Positions 1 through 9,853 of a stretch of DNA of 32,000 nucleotides are shown here, one piece after another. The DNA is from Ignicoccus pacificus DSM 13166 (lineage in GTDB: Archaea > Thermoproteota > Thermoprotei_A > Sulfolobales > Ignicoccaceae): contig CP006868.1 in the NCBI GenBank assembly GCA_025340205.1, positions 1,620,001-1,652,000 on the forward strand. Reading direction: 5' to 3'. Under the pieces are notes generated by a model, which was given only the letters and a program-made list of their open reading frames with translations, had not been told where the DNA came from and did not search any database. The first letter of the stretch is position 1; every line of letters begins with the position of its first letter. A program made the position numbers and the translations under genes.

Positions 1-1008
1 TGGGTCGACTGCGTTTGGTCTGTTAGTAGCAGCTATAACGACGACATCTTCCCTAGCTTCAAGTCCATCCAGAAGGGTCAACAGCTGTGCCACTACCCTC
101 TTCTCCACCTCGCCGGTTACCTCCTCCCTCTTGGGGGCTATGGCGTCTATCTCGTCGATGAATATGATGCTCGGAGCGTTCTTCCTAGCCTCCTCGAAGA
201 TCTCCCTCAACCTCTGCTCGCTCTCTCCGTAGTACTTGCTCATGATCTCTGGTCCGTTTATGGCGATGAAATGCGCCTCTGTTTCGTTAGCCAGCGCTTT
301 CGCCAGAAGCGTCTTACCGGTACCAGGAGGGCCGTAGAGGAGCACTCCCTTGGGAGGCTCTATTCCCAATCTCTTGAAGACTTCGGGATACCTTAAGGGT
401 AACTCGATGAGCTCTCTGAGCTTCTGTATTACCGGCCCGAGCCCTCCTATGTCCTCCCAAGTTACCTTGGGAACCTTAGTCTGCTCGACGTACCTCTCTA
501 GGATAATGATATTGGTGTTATGAGTTATCCTAACGACGCCGCTTGGCTTAGTGTGAACGATGACGAAGGGTATGGTTTGACCGAGTATGGGTATGAGTAC
601 CGTATCTCCCTCGACTACTGGGAAGTCCATTAGCTTCTTCTTAGCATAAGGCACGAAGCCTTCGTCTATAGTCACATTAAAGCTGGTAGGAGCCAATTTC
701 ACGAGCACTGCTTTCTTCACCTTAGCTTTTCTAACATAGACCTTGTCTCCTATGTTCACTCCAGCATTTCTTCTAATGAGACCATCCATTCTAATGATGT
801 CCAGTCCTTGATCCTCCGGGTAAGCGGGCCAGACGGTGGCGGCCGTTACCCTCTTACCCTCTATTTCGACGACATCTCCATTGTGCAGACCCAACATGTC
901 CATAATCATCTTGTCTATTCTGACTCTCCCTCTGCCAACATCTCTTTGTTTAGCTTCCATTACCTTGAGCTCTACACCTTTTGGACTTATTCTCTCAGAT
1001 ATTGACAC
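1..1008 (-). CDS. CDC48/VCP-type AAA+ ATPase, N-terminal part (truncated by window edge); GTG start proposed at 1008
   Basis: Reverse-strand translation begins [53 protein letters not shown] (CDC48 N-domain) and continues into an AAA module with a Walker A-like region. The ORF runs off the window, so it is absent from the track. Confidence 0.9.
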   Translation of the reverse strand, partial: MSISERISPKGVELKVMEAKQRDVGRGRVRIDKMIMDMLGLHNGDVVEIEGKRVTAATVWPAYPEDQGLDIIRMDGLIRRNAGVNIGDKVYVRKAKVKKAVLVKLAPTSFNVTIDEGFVPYAKKKLMDFPVVEGDTVLIPILGQTIPFVIVHTKPSGVVRITHNTNIIILERYVEQTKVPKVTWEDIGGLGPVIQKLRELIELPLRYPEVFKRLGIEPPKGVLLYGPPGTGKTLLAKALANETEAHFIAINGPEIMSKYYGESEQRLREIFEEARKNAPSIIFIDEIDAIAPKREEVTGEVEKRVVAQLLTLLDGLEAREDVVVIAATNRPNAVDP

Positions 1009-1028
1009 TATCCTACCCGCCCTATGCT

Positions 1029-1038
1029 GATATAAAAC
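1029..1038 (-). promoter_or_regulatory. TATA-like element (TTTTATATCA on minus strand) about 21-30 nt upstream of the CDC48 start; leaderless transcript plausible
   Basis: Position and AT-rich sequence relative to the GTG at 1008. Confidence 0.4.
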
Positions 1039-1043
1039 AGCTT

Positions 1044-1451
1044 TTAAGGAGGGGTCTTGGAAATGCCCAAACACAGCTTTCCGTCTTCCTCCCACACATC
1101 GACCACGTCACCATCCCTTAGGTCTAACTTCCCGAACATGTCGCCATGGGTTATCCCAGCCATCACGCATCCGCTTACGACTATGGGGTCGGTCTCCTCC
1201 TCAAAGATTATCGCTAGAGGTTGATTTCCGTAGTACTTCAATGCATAAATTACGTAGGCGCCAACGGTGGAACCCTTCGCTCCCTCAGCTATTAAGACTT
1301 TACCTTTTATTGATCTACCATCATAAAGCTTTCCTTCCTTTGGATTTACTTCACCCAAGAAGCTAATTCTTCCTTCTATCTTGACGACCTCCCCCCTTCC
1401 GGTCTCACTTGTTATGAGTCTCCTTCCGCACCTCAAGTTACCACTCTCCAT
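1044..1451 (-). CDS. Aconitase X swivel domain / phosphomevalonate dehydratase small subunit
   Basis: Small swivel-domain protein ([41 protein letters not shown]) overlapping the large-subunit gene by 19 bp. Confidence 0.88.
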   Translation of the reverse strand: MESGNLRCGRRLITSETGRGEVVKIEGRISFLGEVNPKEGKLYDGRSIKGKVLIAEGAKGSTVGAYVIYALKYYGNQPLAIIFEEETDPIVVSGCVMAGITHGDMFGKLDLRDGDVVDVWEEDGKLCLGISKTPP

Positions 1452-2596
1452 AGATCCCTCACCCTTACCAAAGCAACTTCCAGTCCCTTTCTATTAAGAT
1501 AGAAATAGGTCTTCGCGCTCGTGGTCATAATTCTCTTATAACCCAAACGTTCTATCGGCGTCACAACACTACAAGTCCCCTTCACTACCTTGATACCCTT
1601 GTTCTCCAAGCTCTGAATTATACCTTCTCGTAAAGCCTCATCGAATACCTTCGGCGAAGTAGCTATCCAGAACTCTCTGCTAACTTTATCCTTTATTATT
1701 TCGTTTATTTTCTTTAGCTCGTTTAAGTTTGAATGAGGACATCCGTGAAATATTAGCTCTGGATCATTGAATCGAAACAGTTCTTCTATTTCCTTTTCGT
1801 CGATCTCAACTCTTTCTTCGTCACCAATATCGTATGTTCCTCGGGGAGTTACCTTCTCCAGAACGCTTAGTGCTATCCCTCCAGAAGCGGCTGAAGCTGC
1901 TAGCATTAGCTTCATCGACTCCTCATCTTGCGGTGGTTTAGGATAGCGAGGTATTCCGCTTCCCACCTTTTCACCTACAAGGTATCCTAAGGCACTCCAC
2001 TCTACGGGGTCGTCGAGTTCTGGGTGGACTATCAAGTGCGTGGTCCTCCTATTCTCAAGAACTTGAAGACCTGCATGATACGTCTTACCGGTTATCGCTG
2101 AGGCCACCGCTAGTGGTCCGCCTTCTCTGTTCGTGAATGATCCCAAAACGCTGTTCGCAAAGGCGACGGCGCTGCTCTCTCCCCAAGAGAGTCTCTCGAA
2201 GGGTTTTGGCTTTCTGAGATAGTAAGGAGTACACGTAACGCTTATCTCAAAACCCATGTCCTTGAATGCTTGCAATACTTCCATCTGCTTCTTGTAGAAT
2301 TGCTCACCTACAGGTATCTTGTTAGGATCATCTAAATCCATTCCAATAGGGTTTACAGTGCTGTATACTCTAGCCTTTGCGCCTTTGGAAGACAACTCCC
2401 TTAGCCAATGGAGGCCGGGTTCACCTATTGTACCATAAGAAACGCCAGAGGCGTGAGCGTGGGATATGTCGACTAGCTTATCTGCTCCCAGTACCTCGCC
2501 GACCTTCACAACTATTTCCATAGCAATCCTCATCGCTTCTCCGTACTCCCCCTTCAGCATCCTCTCCTCTTCACGCGTTAGATGCAACGGATGCAC
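1433..2596 (-). CDS. Aconitase X catalytic domain / phosphomevalonate dehydratase large subunit
   Basis: DUF521-type sequence (LTREEERMLKGEYGEAMRIAMEIVVKVGEVLGADKLVDISHAHASG...; CPHSNLNEL). Confidence 0.9.
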   Translation of the reverse strand: MHPLHLTREEERMLKGEYGEAMRIAMEIVVKVGEVLGADKLVDISHAHASGVSYGTIGEPGLHWLRELSSKGAKARVYSTVNPIGMDLDDPNKIPVGEQFYKKQMEVLQAFKDMGFEISVTCTPYYLRKPKPFERLSWGESSAVAFANSVLGSFTNREGGPLAVASAITGKTYHAGLQVLENRRTTHLIVHPELDDPVEWSALGYLVGEKVGSGIPRYPKPPQDEESMKLMLAASAASGGIALSVLEKVTPRGTYDIGDEERVEIDEKEIEELFRFNDPELIFHGCPHSNLNELKKINEIIKDKVSREFWIATSPKVFDEALREGIIQSLENKGIKVVKGTCSVVTPIERLGYKRIMTTSAKTYFYLNRKGLEVALVRVRDLWRVVT

Positions 2597-3254
2597 CCGC
2601 GAATTCCTTTAACTTTTCATAAGGATCCTTCGCTTTCATCACAGCTGAAGCTACCAAGACGCCGTTAGCACCTAGCTCTATGGCTTTCTTCACGTCATCT
2701 CCAGTAGATATACCCGCTCCGACCAATATCGGTCCGTTGAATCCGATCTCCCTAACTGCGTTTACAGTATCTGTAATCGTCTCAGGTTTGGCCTTGGAAA
2801 CCGAGATACCGGTGCCTATGAGCTCGGGTGGTTCCATCGCTACCATTGTTGGTCTCAATACGGCTACGGAAGCTGCGGTGAGCGGTGTTGGGGCGCATAC
2901 CAAGCTCTCCAGACCGTACTCGTTTAGCTTCCTCACAACTACCTCTATCTCGTCAATCCTTATTCTCTTTTCACTATGGTTGATAATGCTTCCCTTTACA
3001 AAGTCCTTTATGCCTTCAACTATTACGCTCCCAGTATGCGCTCCCGGATTCACCGGATCAACGCTCTGTGCGTATACCTTCGTCTTCTTGGCAATTGAAC
3101 TTACCTCTTTTATTTCGGTGTGGGGTGGGGCCAATATTGTCTCTACATCGTACTCATCTGCTATTCTCTCCAACGCTCTTAGTACCCTAAGGAGATGTGC
3201 TCCAAAGGAATGGGGGTAGTATACCTTAGCGTTTATGGCTATTATAGGCCTCAT
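2571..3254 (-). CDS. tpiA: Triosephosphate isomerase (archaeal type)
   Basis: INAKVYY...HTGSVIVEGIKDFVKGSIINHSEKR ... VGAGISTGDDVKKAIELGANGVLVASAVMKAKDP. Confidence 0.92.
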   Translation of the reverse strand: MRPIIAINAKVYYPHSFGAHLLRVLRALERIADEYDVETILAPPHTEIKEVSSIAKKTKVYAQSVDPVNPGAHTGSVIVEGIKDFVKGSIINHSEKRIRIDEIEVVVRKLNEYGLESLVCAPTPLTAASVAVLRPTMVAMEPPELIGTGISVSKAKPETITDTVNAVREIGFNGPILVGAGISTGDDVKKAIELGANGVLVASAVMKAKDPYEKLKEFAGASVASNA

Positions 3255-3952
3255 CCTGTATACACCACCTTTACCTCTACGTTGCCCTTAGTGAGTTTGT
3301 TCAATTTATCGATAACCTCTTGTTGCATTCCTGCCGGTATCTCTATTTCCGCCACCAAGCTGCCATCACTCTTCCAATCGACCGACTTCAACTCTCCTAG
3401 CTTCTGAAGGCTCGAGTATGCCCTCCCGGAGAATTGTGGAGGTATTCTGACTTCAATGATCATGCGCGCTATTTTTATAGGTATAACCCTAGATATGGCC
3501 TTTACTATTTTTAGGGCCTGTTCCTCTATGTCCTTATAAGGATCTACTGATACCTTCGCTTCCTTCATAGCTGCCTCGATCCTCGCCGGAGGTATTGGCA
3601 ACTTAGTTTGGGGATCTATGGCATTTCTCGCAATGAAGTTTATCACTTGTCTTTTCTTGGCCTCCAGTATCCTCCTCCTCTGCTCAGCCGTTAGTTGAAG
3701 TTCACCTTTCATTATAATCTCCTTTGCTATTTTATTTATATCTGTTGTACCGAATGTCTTCTTCAAAAGCTCGGGGGATACTCTATCACCCGAGCCGACA
3801 TCTTTGTATACCGTATCAGTGATCAAGACTTCTTCGATTGGTATGTTCTTTCCACTTCTAAGCTCCAAGGCTTTATCGGGATCAACCAAGATCTCAAATC
3901 GATGACCCTTTATCTCCAAACGTGCTATCACGTGATCCTTCTTCCTCTTCAA
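3251..3952 (-). CDS. Ribosome maturation protein, SDO1/SBDS family
   Basis: HVIARLEIKGHRFEILVDPDKALELRSGK ... KGELQLTAEQRRRILEAKKRQVINFIARNAIDPQTKLPIPPARIEAAM. Confidence 0.95.
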   Translation of the reverse strand: MKRKKDHVIARLEIKGHRFEILVDPDKALELRSGKNIPIEEVLITDTVYKDVGSGDRVSPELLKKTFGTTDINKIAKEIIMKGELQLTAEQRRRILEAKKRQVINFIARNAIDPQTKLPIPPARIEAAMKEAKVSVDPYKDIEEQALKIVKAISRVIPIKIARMIIEVRIPPQFSGRAYSSLQKLGELKSVDWKSDGSLVAEIEIPAGMQQEVIDKLNKLTKGNVEVKVVYTG

Positions 3953-3988
3953 AAAGGCTCCCCGAGAGTACTGAAGAGACAGCGAGGG

Positions 3989-5044
3989 TTATAGCTGAAG
4001 GGTTCCATCACGCTTAGGCATACCAATTCTAAAGGTAAAGTTCTTTTTCCTATAAAGCTTCTTAAACTCACACCATCTTTCCTTGTCTCCCATGATGATT
4101 TCCTTCTCGTATTGTATACTCCACATGGCGTAGGGCCTTCTAAATCTATTTATTTCCACTATCTTTTTCATTATTCTCTCTATTTTTTCATCTTCTTCTA
4201 AATCACTTCTAATGATATCCTTCACATCAACAAGTCTATTATATTCATTAAGACAAGGATAAAGTTTACCGTCTGGACTGACTCTTATTCTTAGACATCC
4301 TGCACAGAAGAGGGGGTTAGAAACTGGACGTACGAGCTCCACTATGCTCCCGTTTTCCATAATGAACCTCAACCTATTGTGAAGCCTCCTTATCTCCTTT
4401 CTAGAAGCCCTCTTCTCTAGTTCATTTAACAGTTCATCCGGGAAGCTGTGAGCTTGGTTGAACACGTCCTTACCCCTCCCTACGGGATGCAATTCTATTA
4501 AATGAACATTCATACCCCTACTACTGGCGAACGAGATTAAGTCCATCAATTCATCTTCATTTATCCCTTTGAGTACCGTAACGTTTATTGTTACAGGTAA
4601 ACCCAACTCTAGGGCGGTCTGAATTCCCTCAACTACTCTTTCTAGAGCGTCGACGCCCGTTATCTTACGAAATCTCTCCCTTCTGAGACTATGGAGACTC
4701 ACGTTAATTCTCTTAAGCCCAGAATCTATAAGAGCTGGAGCTAATTTCTTTAGCAAATATCCATTGGTAGTCATGCTTATGTCCTTGAATCCTATCTCAT
4801 TCAACTGAGCCACTAAGTGCTCTATTCGAGGCTTGAGTAGCGGCTCTCCTCCCGTCAACTTAACGTCCTCAGCTCCCAACGCCCTAGAGGCCTTTGCTAT
4901 TAACGCGAATTCCTCTACGTTCAACTCATCCTTTACTCCCTCAACACCCTCTCTATGACAGAAGAAGCACTTGAAGTTACAAAGATCCGTAACTGCGATC
5001 CTTAATGACTTGAATGGTCGTCCGTAAGCATCGTAGATGGTCAT
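3989..5044 (-). CDS. moaA: Radical SAM GTP 3',8-cyclase (molybdenum cofactor biosynthesis); ATG at 5044 preferred over the 5101 ORF start
   Basis: YGRPFKSLRIAVTDLCNFKCFFCHREG (CxxxCxxC), LTGGEPLL, C-terminal CAGC..RVSPDGKLYPCL. Confidence 0.92.
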   Translation of the reverse strand: MTIYDAYGRPFKSLRIAVTDLCNFKCFFCHREGVEGVKDELNVEEFALIAKASRALGAEDVKLTGGEPLLKPRIEHLVAQLNEIGFKDISMTTNGYLLKKLAPALIDSGLKRINVSLHSLRRERFRKITGVDALERVVEGIQTALELGLPVTINVTVLKGINEDELMDLISFASSRGMNVHLIELHPVGRGKDVFNQAHSFPDELLNELEKRASRKEIRRLHNRLRFIMENGSIVELVRPVSNPLFCAGCLRIRVSPDGKLYPCLNEYNRLVDVKDIIRSDLEEDEKIERIMKKIVEINRFRRPYAMWSIQYEKEIIMGDKERWCEFKKLYRKKNFTFRIGMPKRDGTLQL

Positions 5045-5069
5045 CCTCCAGCCTCTGTGAAGCCTTCGC

Positions 5070-5540
5070 TTACCAAGACTTATTAATAAACCATGACTCA
5101 ACGAGAGCAGCTATCACTAAATAGACGAGACCCCTAGCTATCTTCTTAGGTTCTCTTGTAGTTGCTAAAGAGTATGCATAAAGCTCAAGTGGTGTATGGG
5201 CACCAAGTATCACCCTCCACGGAATACCAGAGGCAAGGGCCCTCGCTACCATAGCCGTGGTAGTTACACTGAAGCCTAAATACAAGGGTCCAAGAAGCAC
5301 ATTGAGAGCAAACACGACTAAGTTATTCTTGAGTATTGCAATTAATAGTCCAATGCCTTTGGTAACAGCTATTTCCCTCACATATGTCGCTAATTGTAAG
5401 GCTAGTGACCCTATGCAAGGGAGAGAGGACACCAAAGCTAAAGTTAACCAGCTCAAGAGCATCAACTTCAGGGGTTCGCGAGGAGCGTACTTATGATATA
5501 TTATCCCCATCAATATTGGAAGGAAGTCGCATAGATTCAA
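5070..5540 (-). CDS. Polytopic membrane protein resembling the SpoIIM/DUF95 superfamily
   Basis: Hydrophobic segments with a NNLVVFALNVLLGPLYLGF...GAHTPLELYAYSLA pattern similar to SpoIIM-like proteins. Confidence 0.55.
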   Translation of the reverse strand: MNLCDFLPILMGIIYHKYAPREPLKLMLLSWLTLALVSSLPCIGSLALQLATYVREIAVTKGIGLLIAILKNNLVVFALNVLLGPLYLGFSVTTTAMVARALASGIPWRVILGAHTPLELYAYSLATTREPKKIARGLVYLVIAALVESWFINKSW

Positions 5541-5923
5541 ATCTCTTCACCTAAAGCCAATAGGGCACCCCCACGAACACTCCTATCAGCTTTGGCAACG
5601 AGGGATAAAGGAAGCCAAGGTTTGAATGCTTCCTCTACTTCATCGAAGATTAATAACATCCATCCCTTTTCATCTCTTAACAATGACGGTGTAGAAGTCT
5701 TTAGCAATAAATAGACCTCGTTATCACAATCATCCAATACAGAATATGCTTTCATGCCCCAAACGTGGTATGCCCACTTCTTACATGTACCCAGAACTCT
5801 AAATCCAAGTTCATGCTCAATGATTAGGCGGTTACCGAATCCCTTTACTTTCACTATCTTATCTTCGTCTAGCTCTAGGATCCCCTCACGTTGAGTTCCG
5901 TAAATTCTCACCTTAATGGTCAT
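5537..5923 (-). CDS. Hypothetical protein; start MTIKVRIYGTQ preferred
   Basis: ORF overlaps the downstream gene by 4 bp; no family recognised. Confidence 0.6.
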   Translation of the reverse strand: MTIKVRIYGTQREGILELDEDKIVKVKGFGNRLIIEHELGFRVLGTCKKWAYHVWGMKAYSVLDDCDNEVYLLLKTSTPSLLRDEKGWMLLIFDEVEEAFKPWLPLSLVAKADRSVRGGALLALGEEI

Positions 5924-6000
5924 CGCCCATCCTTGCAGACGCAAAAGGACTCAACTCTATAAAATCTTCTTCAACGGTAGCTTGACTAGGGTACAATGAA

Positions 6001-6837
6001 TTGCCGTGGTTCAGCATACGTGACAGAGAGAGCGAGGACGTACCAGTGCTTTATCCATTCATAATGAGAGTGGGTACGATAGATGTTTATGTCCTTCAAC
6101 TAAAGTTAGAGCTCATGAAGTATAAGGAGACCTTAATATCGTTGCTTGTATATATGAACACAAAAGGCGTCGACATATTCCACATAGTTAGAGGTCCTGC
6201 CGAAGGGAAGTCTAGGTCGGTCACTTATTTCATTGTAATAAACTTGAGTAGGGCCTCAATAAACATCGAAAGTCTGAAGATAGAGCTGAGCAAGATCGAT
6301 GGAGTGAAATCTGTCACTGTTGGTGGTGAAAAATTGCTAGACATAATGGTCTTCACGAGGGCATTCCCCATATACACGTTCGAAAGAAGTATAATCTTGG
6401 GATTGACTTTTCTAAAGGCGTTCTTCAGCGCGTTTAATACTTACTTCCATCAGCCGGCGCTAGCTGCCAGCACGCTATATCAGCTGGGGTTCAGGACTGG
6501 TTTTGCCATAGCGAAGGAGCTAGCTGAACTCACTAGACACGAAGACGAAGCGTTACTGAGAGACGTTTTCGACTTCCTGAAGGCTCATGGCTTAGGATCT
6601 TTCGAGTTCAAGTCTTCTCCATTCCCACATGGAGGAGAGATCGCCATTAAGGTTACTCATGGTATAGAGGCCTCGGCATCAAACATGCCAGCACCTAGGT
6701 GTCACTTTACGAGAGGGTTGCTAAGCGGAATCATAAGCTACGTAAATGGGGGCTACATACCTATGCAAGAGGTAAAGTGCGTTGGTAAAGGGGATAAGTA
6801 TTGCTTGTTCGTAGGATCTAAGAAAACTAAGAAGTAA
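6001..6837 (+). CDS. V4R (4-vinyl reductase) domain protein with an N-terminal ACT-like region; TTG start
   Basis: C-terminal PRCHFTRGLLSGIISYVNGG...EVKCVGKGDKYCLF is V4R-like; the N-terminus has an alternating beta/alpha regulatory-like pattern. Confidence 0.75.
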   Translation: MPWFSIRDRESEDVPVLYPFIMRVGTIDVYVLQLKLELMKYKETLISLLVYMNTKGVDIFHIVRGPAEGKSRSVTYFIVINLSRASINIESLKIELSKIDGVKSVTVGGEKLLDIMVFTRAFPIYTFERSIILGLTFLKAFFSAFNTYFHQPALAASTLYQLGFRTGFAIAKELAELTRHEDEALLRDVFDFLKAHGLGSFEFKSSPFPHGGEIAIKVTHGIEASASNMPAPRCHFTRGLLSGIISYVNGGYIPMQEVKCVGKGDKYCLFVGSKKTKK

Positions 6838-7246
6838 TTCCGCTCAGACACTCTTCCTTACACTTCTTGGACCTTCTGAACCTTTCGACGAGCCTTTCAA
6901 GTCTTCGTATGGTATCTTCACTGAAGCCATGTTCCACGAAGCATGCCTCCTCCTTCGCCCTCTCCTCTGGTACGCCTAACACATTTATGAGGAATTTCAC
7001 AATTACGTTATACTGATGCTCTATCTTTTCGGCTTGTGCAATACCATCTTGGGTAAGCTTTATCTCCCCTTTGGAATACTCAACCAATCCTCTTTCACTC
7101 AACTTCATTATGTATTGAAGTACCGTGGGTGGCCTTAGGTTCATCGCATCCGCTACATCTTTTAATCTCACATGTCCCTTCTCTTTAGCTATTCTATATA
7201 TGACTTTAATATAGTCCTCATATCGCTTTCCGTACATCGCGCTCAT
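6827..7246 (-). CDS. DtxR/MntR-like metal-responsive transcriptional regulator
   Basis: RYEDYIKVIYRIAKEKGHVRLKDVADAMNLRPPTVLQYIMKLSERGLVEYSKGEIKLTQDGIAQAEKIEH ... EEACFVEHGFSEDTIRRLERLV. Confidence 0.85.
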   Translation of the reverse strand: MSAMYGKRYEDYIKVIYRIAKEKGHVRLKDVADAMNLRPPTVLQYIMKLSERGLVEYSKGEIKLTQDGIAQAEKIEHQYNVIVKFLINVLGVPEERAKEEACFVEHGFSEDTIRRLERLVERFRRSKKCKEECLSGITS

Positions 7247-7551
7247 GGATTCTCCAACCTCTTCATTACGCTTTGAACTTTCCTATCCATATCTAAATCC
7301 TTGTCGAATCTATCATCTACCCTCATCATTATTACTACTCTTTTAACTCCCTTTTCCTTGAGCTTACTTTCTATTTCCTTTATTATTTCGCATGCTTTTG
7401 ATAAATCCTTAACCTTAAAGACAGTGGACATCGGAGTTACCTTGTACTCTTCGGATTTCTCAGCAATCACCTTTACCGCTTCAGCGACGTATTCGGAGAC
7501 ACTAGGGGAACCCGTACCGAGCGGCAGCACTTGAAGTTCCACTAGAGGCAT
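7243..7551 (-). CDS. MTH1187 / thiamine-binding-like (DUF77) small protein
   Basis: MPLVELQVLPLGTGSPSVSEYVAEAVKVIAEKSEEYKVTPMSTVFKVKD; 4-bp overlap with the regulator gene. Confidence 0.8.
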   Translation of the reverse strand: MPLVELQVLPLGTGSPSVSEYVAEAVKVIAEKSEEYKVTPMSTVFKVKDLSKACEIIKEIESKLKEKGVKRVVIMMRVDDRFDKDLDMDRKVQSVMKRLENP

Positions 7552-7614
7552 CGCGTGAGCCCCTAACAAGACCCACGGAACCAAAAAATAATATCGCTTT
7601 TTCGGAGGATAGCT

Positions 7615-8286
7615 GTGGGAAAAGCTTTGGTGAAGCTTAAGGTAAAGGTAGTCACTTGGGATGAGGTCGTCCGCTGGTCCAACGACTTAGCCTTTTCTAT
7701 ATTGGATTCTGGCTATAGGCCCGACGTAATTATAGCAATCGCCAGGGGAGGCTTGGTTCCAGCAAGACTCTTGGTCGATTACATGAATGTCATAGATATG
7801 CTTTCTATTAAGGTCGAACATTGGATTGAAACGGGCTCGCATCAAGAGGAAGCTGTAATTAAGTACGAAACCAAGGATGTCGATCTGAGTGGAAAAAAGG
7901 TTCTCATAGTTGATGACATATGCGATACCGGCAAGAGTTTGGTAGTAGCAAGAGATTTCGTAAAGAAATATTGGAACCCTGATGAGATAAGGCTGGCCAC
8001 TCTCCAATACATCGAACCCGTCGCTCAAATTAAACCAGACTATTACGTAGATCTGGTAAAGGATTGGACGTGGTACATGTATCCATGGAACTACGTTGAA
8101 GATATGGTAAATCTAGTCAAAAAGATACTCAAAGAAGAGGGCGATCTAAGTCTTCAAGAGATAATTATCAAGTTCCAAGAGTGGTACGGCATAGTTCCGC
8201 CCTTGACTCTAGCAGAGACGATTAGAATAATGGAATATAGAGGTGTCATCGAGAGAAAGAACGGCAAGTACGTATTAACTACATAA
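7615..8286 (+). CDS. Purine-type phosphoribosyltransferase (Gpt-like)
   Basis: PRPP-binding motif VLIVDDICDTGKSL; GTG start preceded by GGAGG at 7604-7608. Confidence 0.85.
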   Translation: MGKALVKLKVKVVTWDEVVRWSNDLAFSILDSGYRPDVIIAIARGGLVPARLLVDYMNVIDMLSIKVEHWIETGSHQEEAVIKYETKDVDLSGKKVLIVDDICDTGKSLVVARDFVKKYWNPDEIRLATLQYIEPVAQIKPDYYVDLVKDWTWYMYPWNYVEDMVNLVKKILKEEGDLSLQEIIIKFQEWYGIVPPLTLAETIRIMEYRGVIERKNGKYVLTT

Positions 8287-8321
8287 CCCCATTCATCATT
8301 TTTCACTTAGGGCAAATCACG

Positions 8322-9389
8322 GTGTCGCAACCGGACTTTTACGTTATCGGTGCCGGCCCTGCTGGTGTCGCCATAGCTCATTACCTAAGTGATCGTGGAT
8401 TTCGCGTTAGGATCTATGAAGCTAGACCAAGGGTTGGCGACAAACCATGTGGAGGAGGGGTCCCTACTGAGATCAACCGCTGGCTCCCTGTCCCGGAGGA
8501 AAGCATACTCAACAGCATATCCTCTATGGAGGTTTACTTCGAAGATAAGAGATTGGGACGCTGGGATTCTGGTAGGAAAATATTCTTCCTCGTAGATAGA
8601 ACAAAATACTTGGAGGAGTATCTTAATAATGACTTAATAGAATTAAAGCTCTCTACTGCGGTAAAGATAAGGAACAATGATGAGTTCCTAGTTGAGGATA
8701 AGAAATTAGAAAAGGAGAAGGTAATTGTAGCTACCGGAGTTACTTGGAGGCTAAAAGAGAGAGACATGGTAGCAAACACTATTCAGTACATAATGGAGGG
8801 AGTCAAAATAGATGAAGTGCATACAATGAAATTCCTATTCTATCAAGGTTTAGTTGGTTACGCATGGATCTTCCCATTATCAGAGAATTCTGTAAAAGTA
8901 GGTATAGGAGGTATCAATGTGAGTGTCGACGAACTAGAAAATAAACTAAATTCAATAATTAAGAAATACAAACTTGAAGGTAAGGTTGTCAAAAGAGAAG
9001 GTGCTCCCATAGATATGGGAGGTCTGAAACCTGAATGGGGTGGTGGACCTCCATATGCAATAGGAGAGGCCATAGGTGCTGTAATGCCCTTAACAGGTGA
9101 AGGAATAAGACCTAGCATAATAACGGCACATGCCCTCGCCACCGCTCTAACAAAGAACAATAATTACAAGAAGATTCTAAGCGGCCTTGGCATATACAAA
9201 GCATCGAAGCTCCAGAGGAAGATACTGGAAAGGGTCTTGAAACAAGGAGCCGAGCTACCGTTCAAAGATAAAGAACTATCTCCTAAGACGATAGAAGCTA
9301 TATACAAGTTGGGTATGGGTGAGTTGGGACTTAGAGATCTTCTCTCACTGGCCAGCAAGTTGCCATCATTGTTAAGAGGGATAATTTGA
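8322..9389 (+). CDS. FAD-dependent geranylgeranyl reductase-family oxidoreductase
   Basis: DFYVIGAGPAGVAIAHYLSDRGFRVRIYEARPRVGDKPCGGG; PLTGEGIRPSIITAHALA; GTG start. Confidence 0.85.
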   Translation: MSQPDFYVIGAGPAGVAIAHYLSDRGFRVRIYEARPRVGDKPCGGGVPTEINRWLPVPEESILNSISSMEVYFEDKRLGRWDSGRKIFFLVDRTKYLEEYLNNDLIELKLSTAVKIRNNDEFLVEDKKLEKEKVIVATGVTWRLKERDMVANTIQYIMEGVKIDEVHTMKFLFYQGLVGYAWIFPLSENSVKVGIGGINVSVDELENKLNSIIKKYKLEGKVVKREGAPIDMGGLKPEWGGGPPYAIGEAIGAVMPLTGEGIRPSIITAHALATALTKNNNYKKILSGLGIYKASKLQRKILERVLKQGAELPFKDKELSPKTIEAIYKLGMGELGLRDLLSLASKLPSLLRGII

Positions 9390-9400
9390 GGAGAGGGAGT

Positions 9401-9853
9401 ATGAGAGAAAACATTGATGAGGTAGATAAGGAAATATTAAGAATGTTGCAAGAAGACGGTAGGACATCATTTTCCAGAATCGCCAAGAAATTGAATCTGA
9501 GTGAAGCTACAATTCACTTAAGGGTGAAAAGACTCAAGGAGAGAGGGATACTGAAGGGCTTTCACGCCGACGTGGATCCAGAGAAGGTAGGTAAGAAGGT
9601 ATTGGCATTTATATTGGTCAAGATAGATGCAAAGAAGTATCCTGAAACACTCTCGAAAATAGCTGAATTCAGAGATGTTTATGAAGTCCACGATATAACG
9701 GGTGAATACTCAGCGCTACTCAAAGTAAGGGTAAGTAATAAGGACGAACTAGCGAAACTGCTTGATGAGATAGGAAAACTCGATGGTGTCATGGATACTT
9801 ATACCATGTATGCCTTAAGAACGATCAAGGAGAAGAAGACTGTCGAGCTCTAG
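9401..9853 (+). CDS. Lrp/AsnC family transcriptional regulator
   Basis: IDEVDKEILRMLQEDGRTSFSRIAKKLNLSEATIHLRVKRLKERGILKGFHADVDPEKVG; ATG at 9401 with a GAGAGGGAG just upstream preferred over the 9386 TTG. Confidence 0.9.
   Translation: MRENIDEVDKEILRMLQEDGRTSFSRIAKKLNLSEATIHLRVKRLKERGILKGFHADVDPEKVGKKVLAFILVKIDAKKYPETLSKIAEFRDVYEVHDITGEYSALLKVRVSNKDELAKLLDEIGKLDGVMDTYTMYALRTIKEKKTVEL

Noticed and set aside
2680-3219. 179-aa plus-strand ORF
   Set aside because: Antisense to the well-supported triosephosphate isomerase gene; Ser/Thr-rich mirror composition typical of a shadow ORF.
3695-3994. 99-aa plus-strand ORF
   Set aside because: Shadow ORF antisense to the SBDS gene, with no protein-like features.
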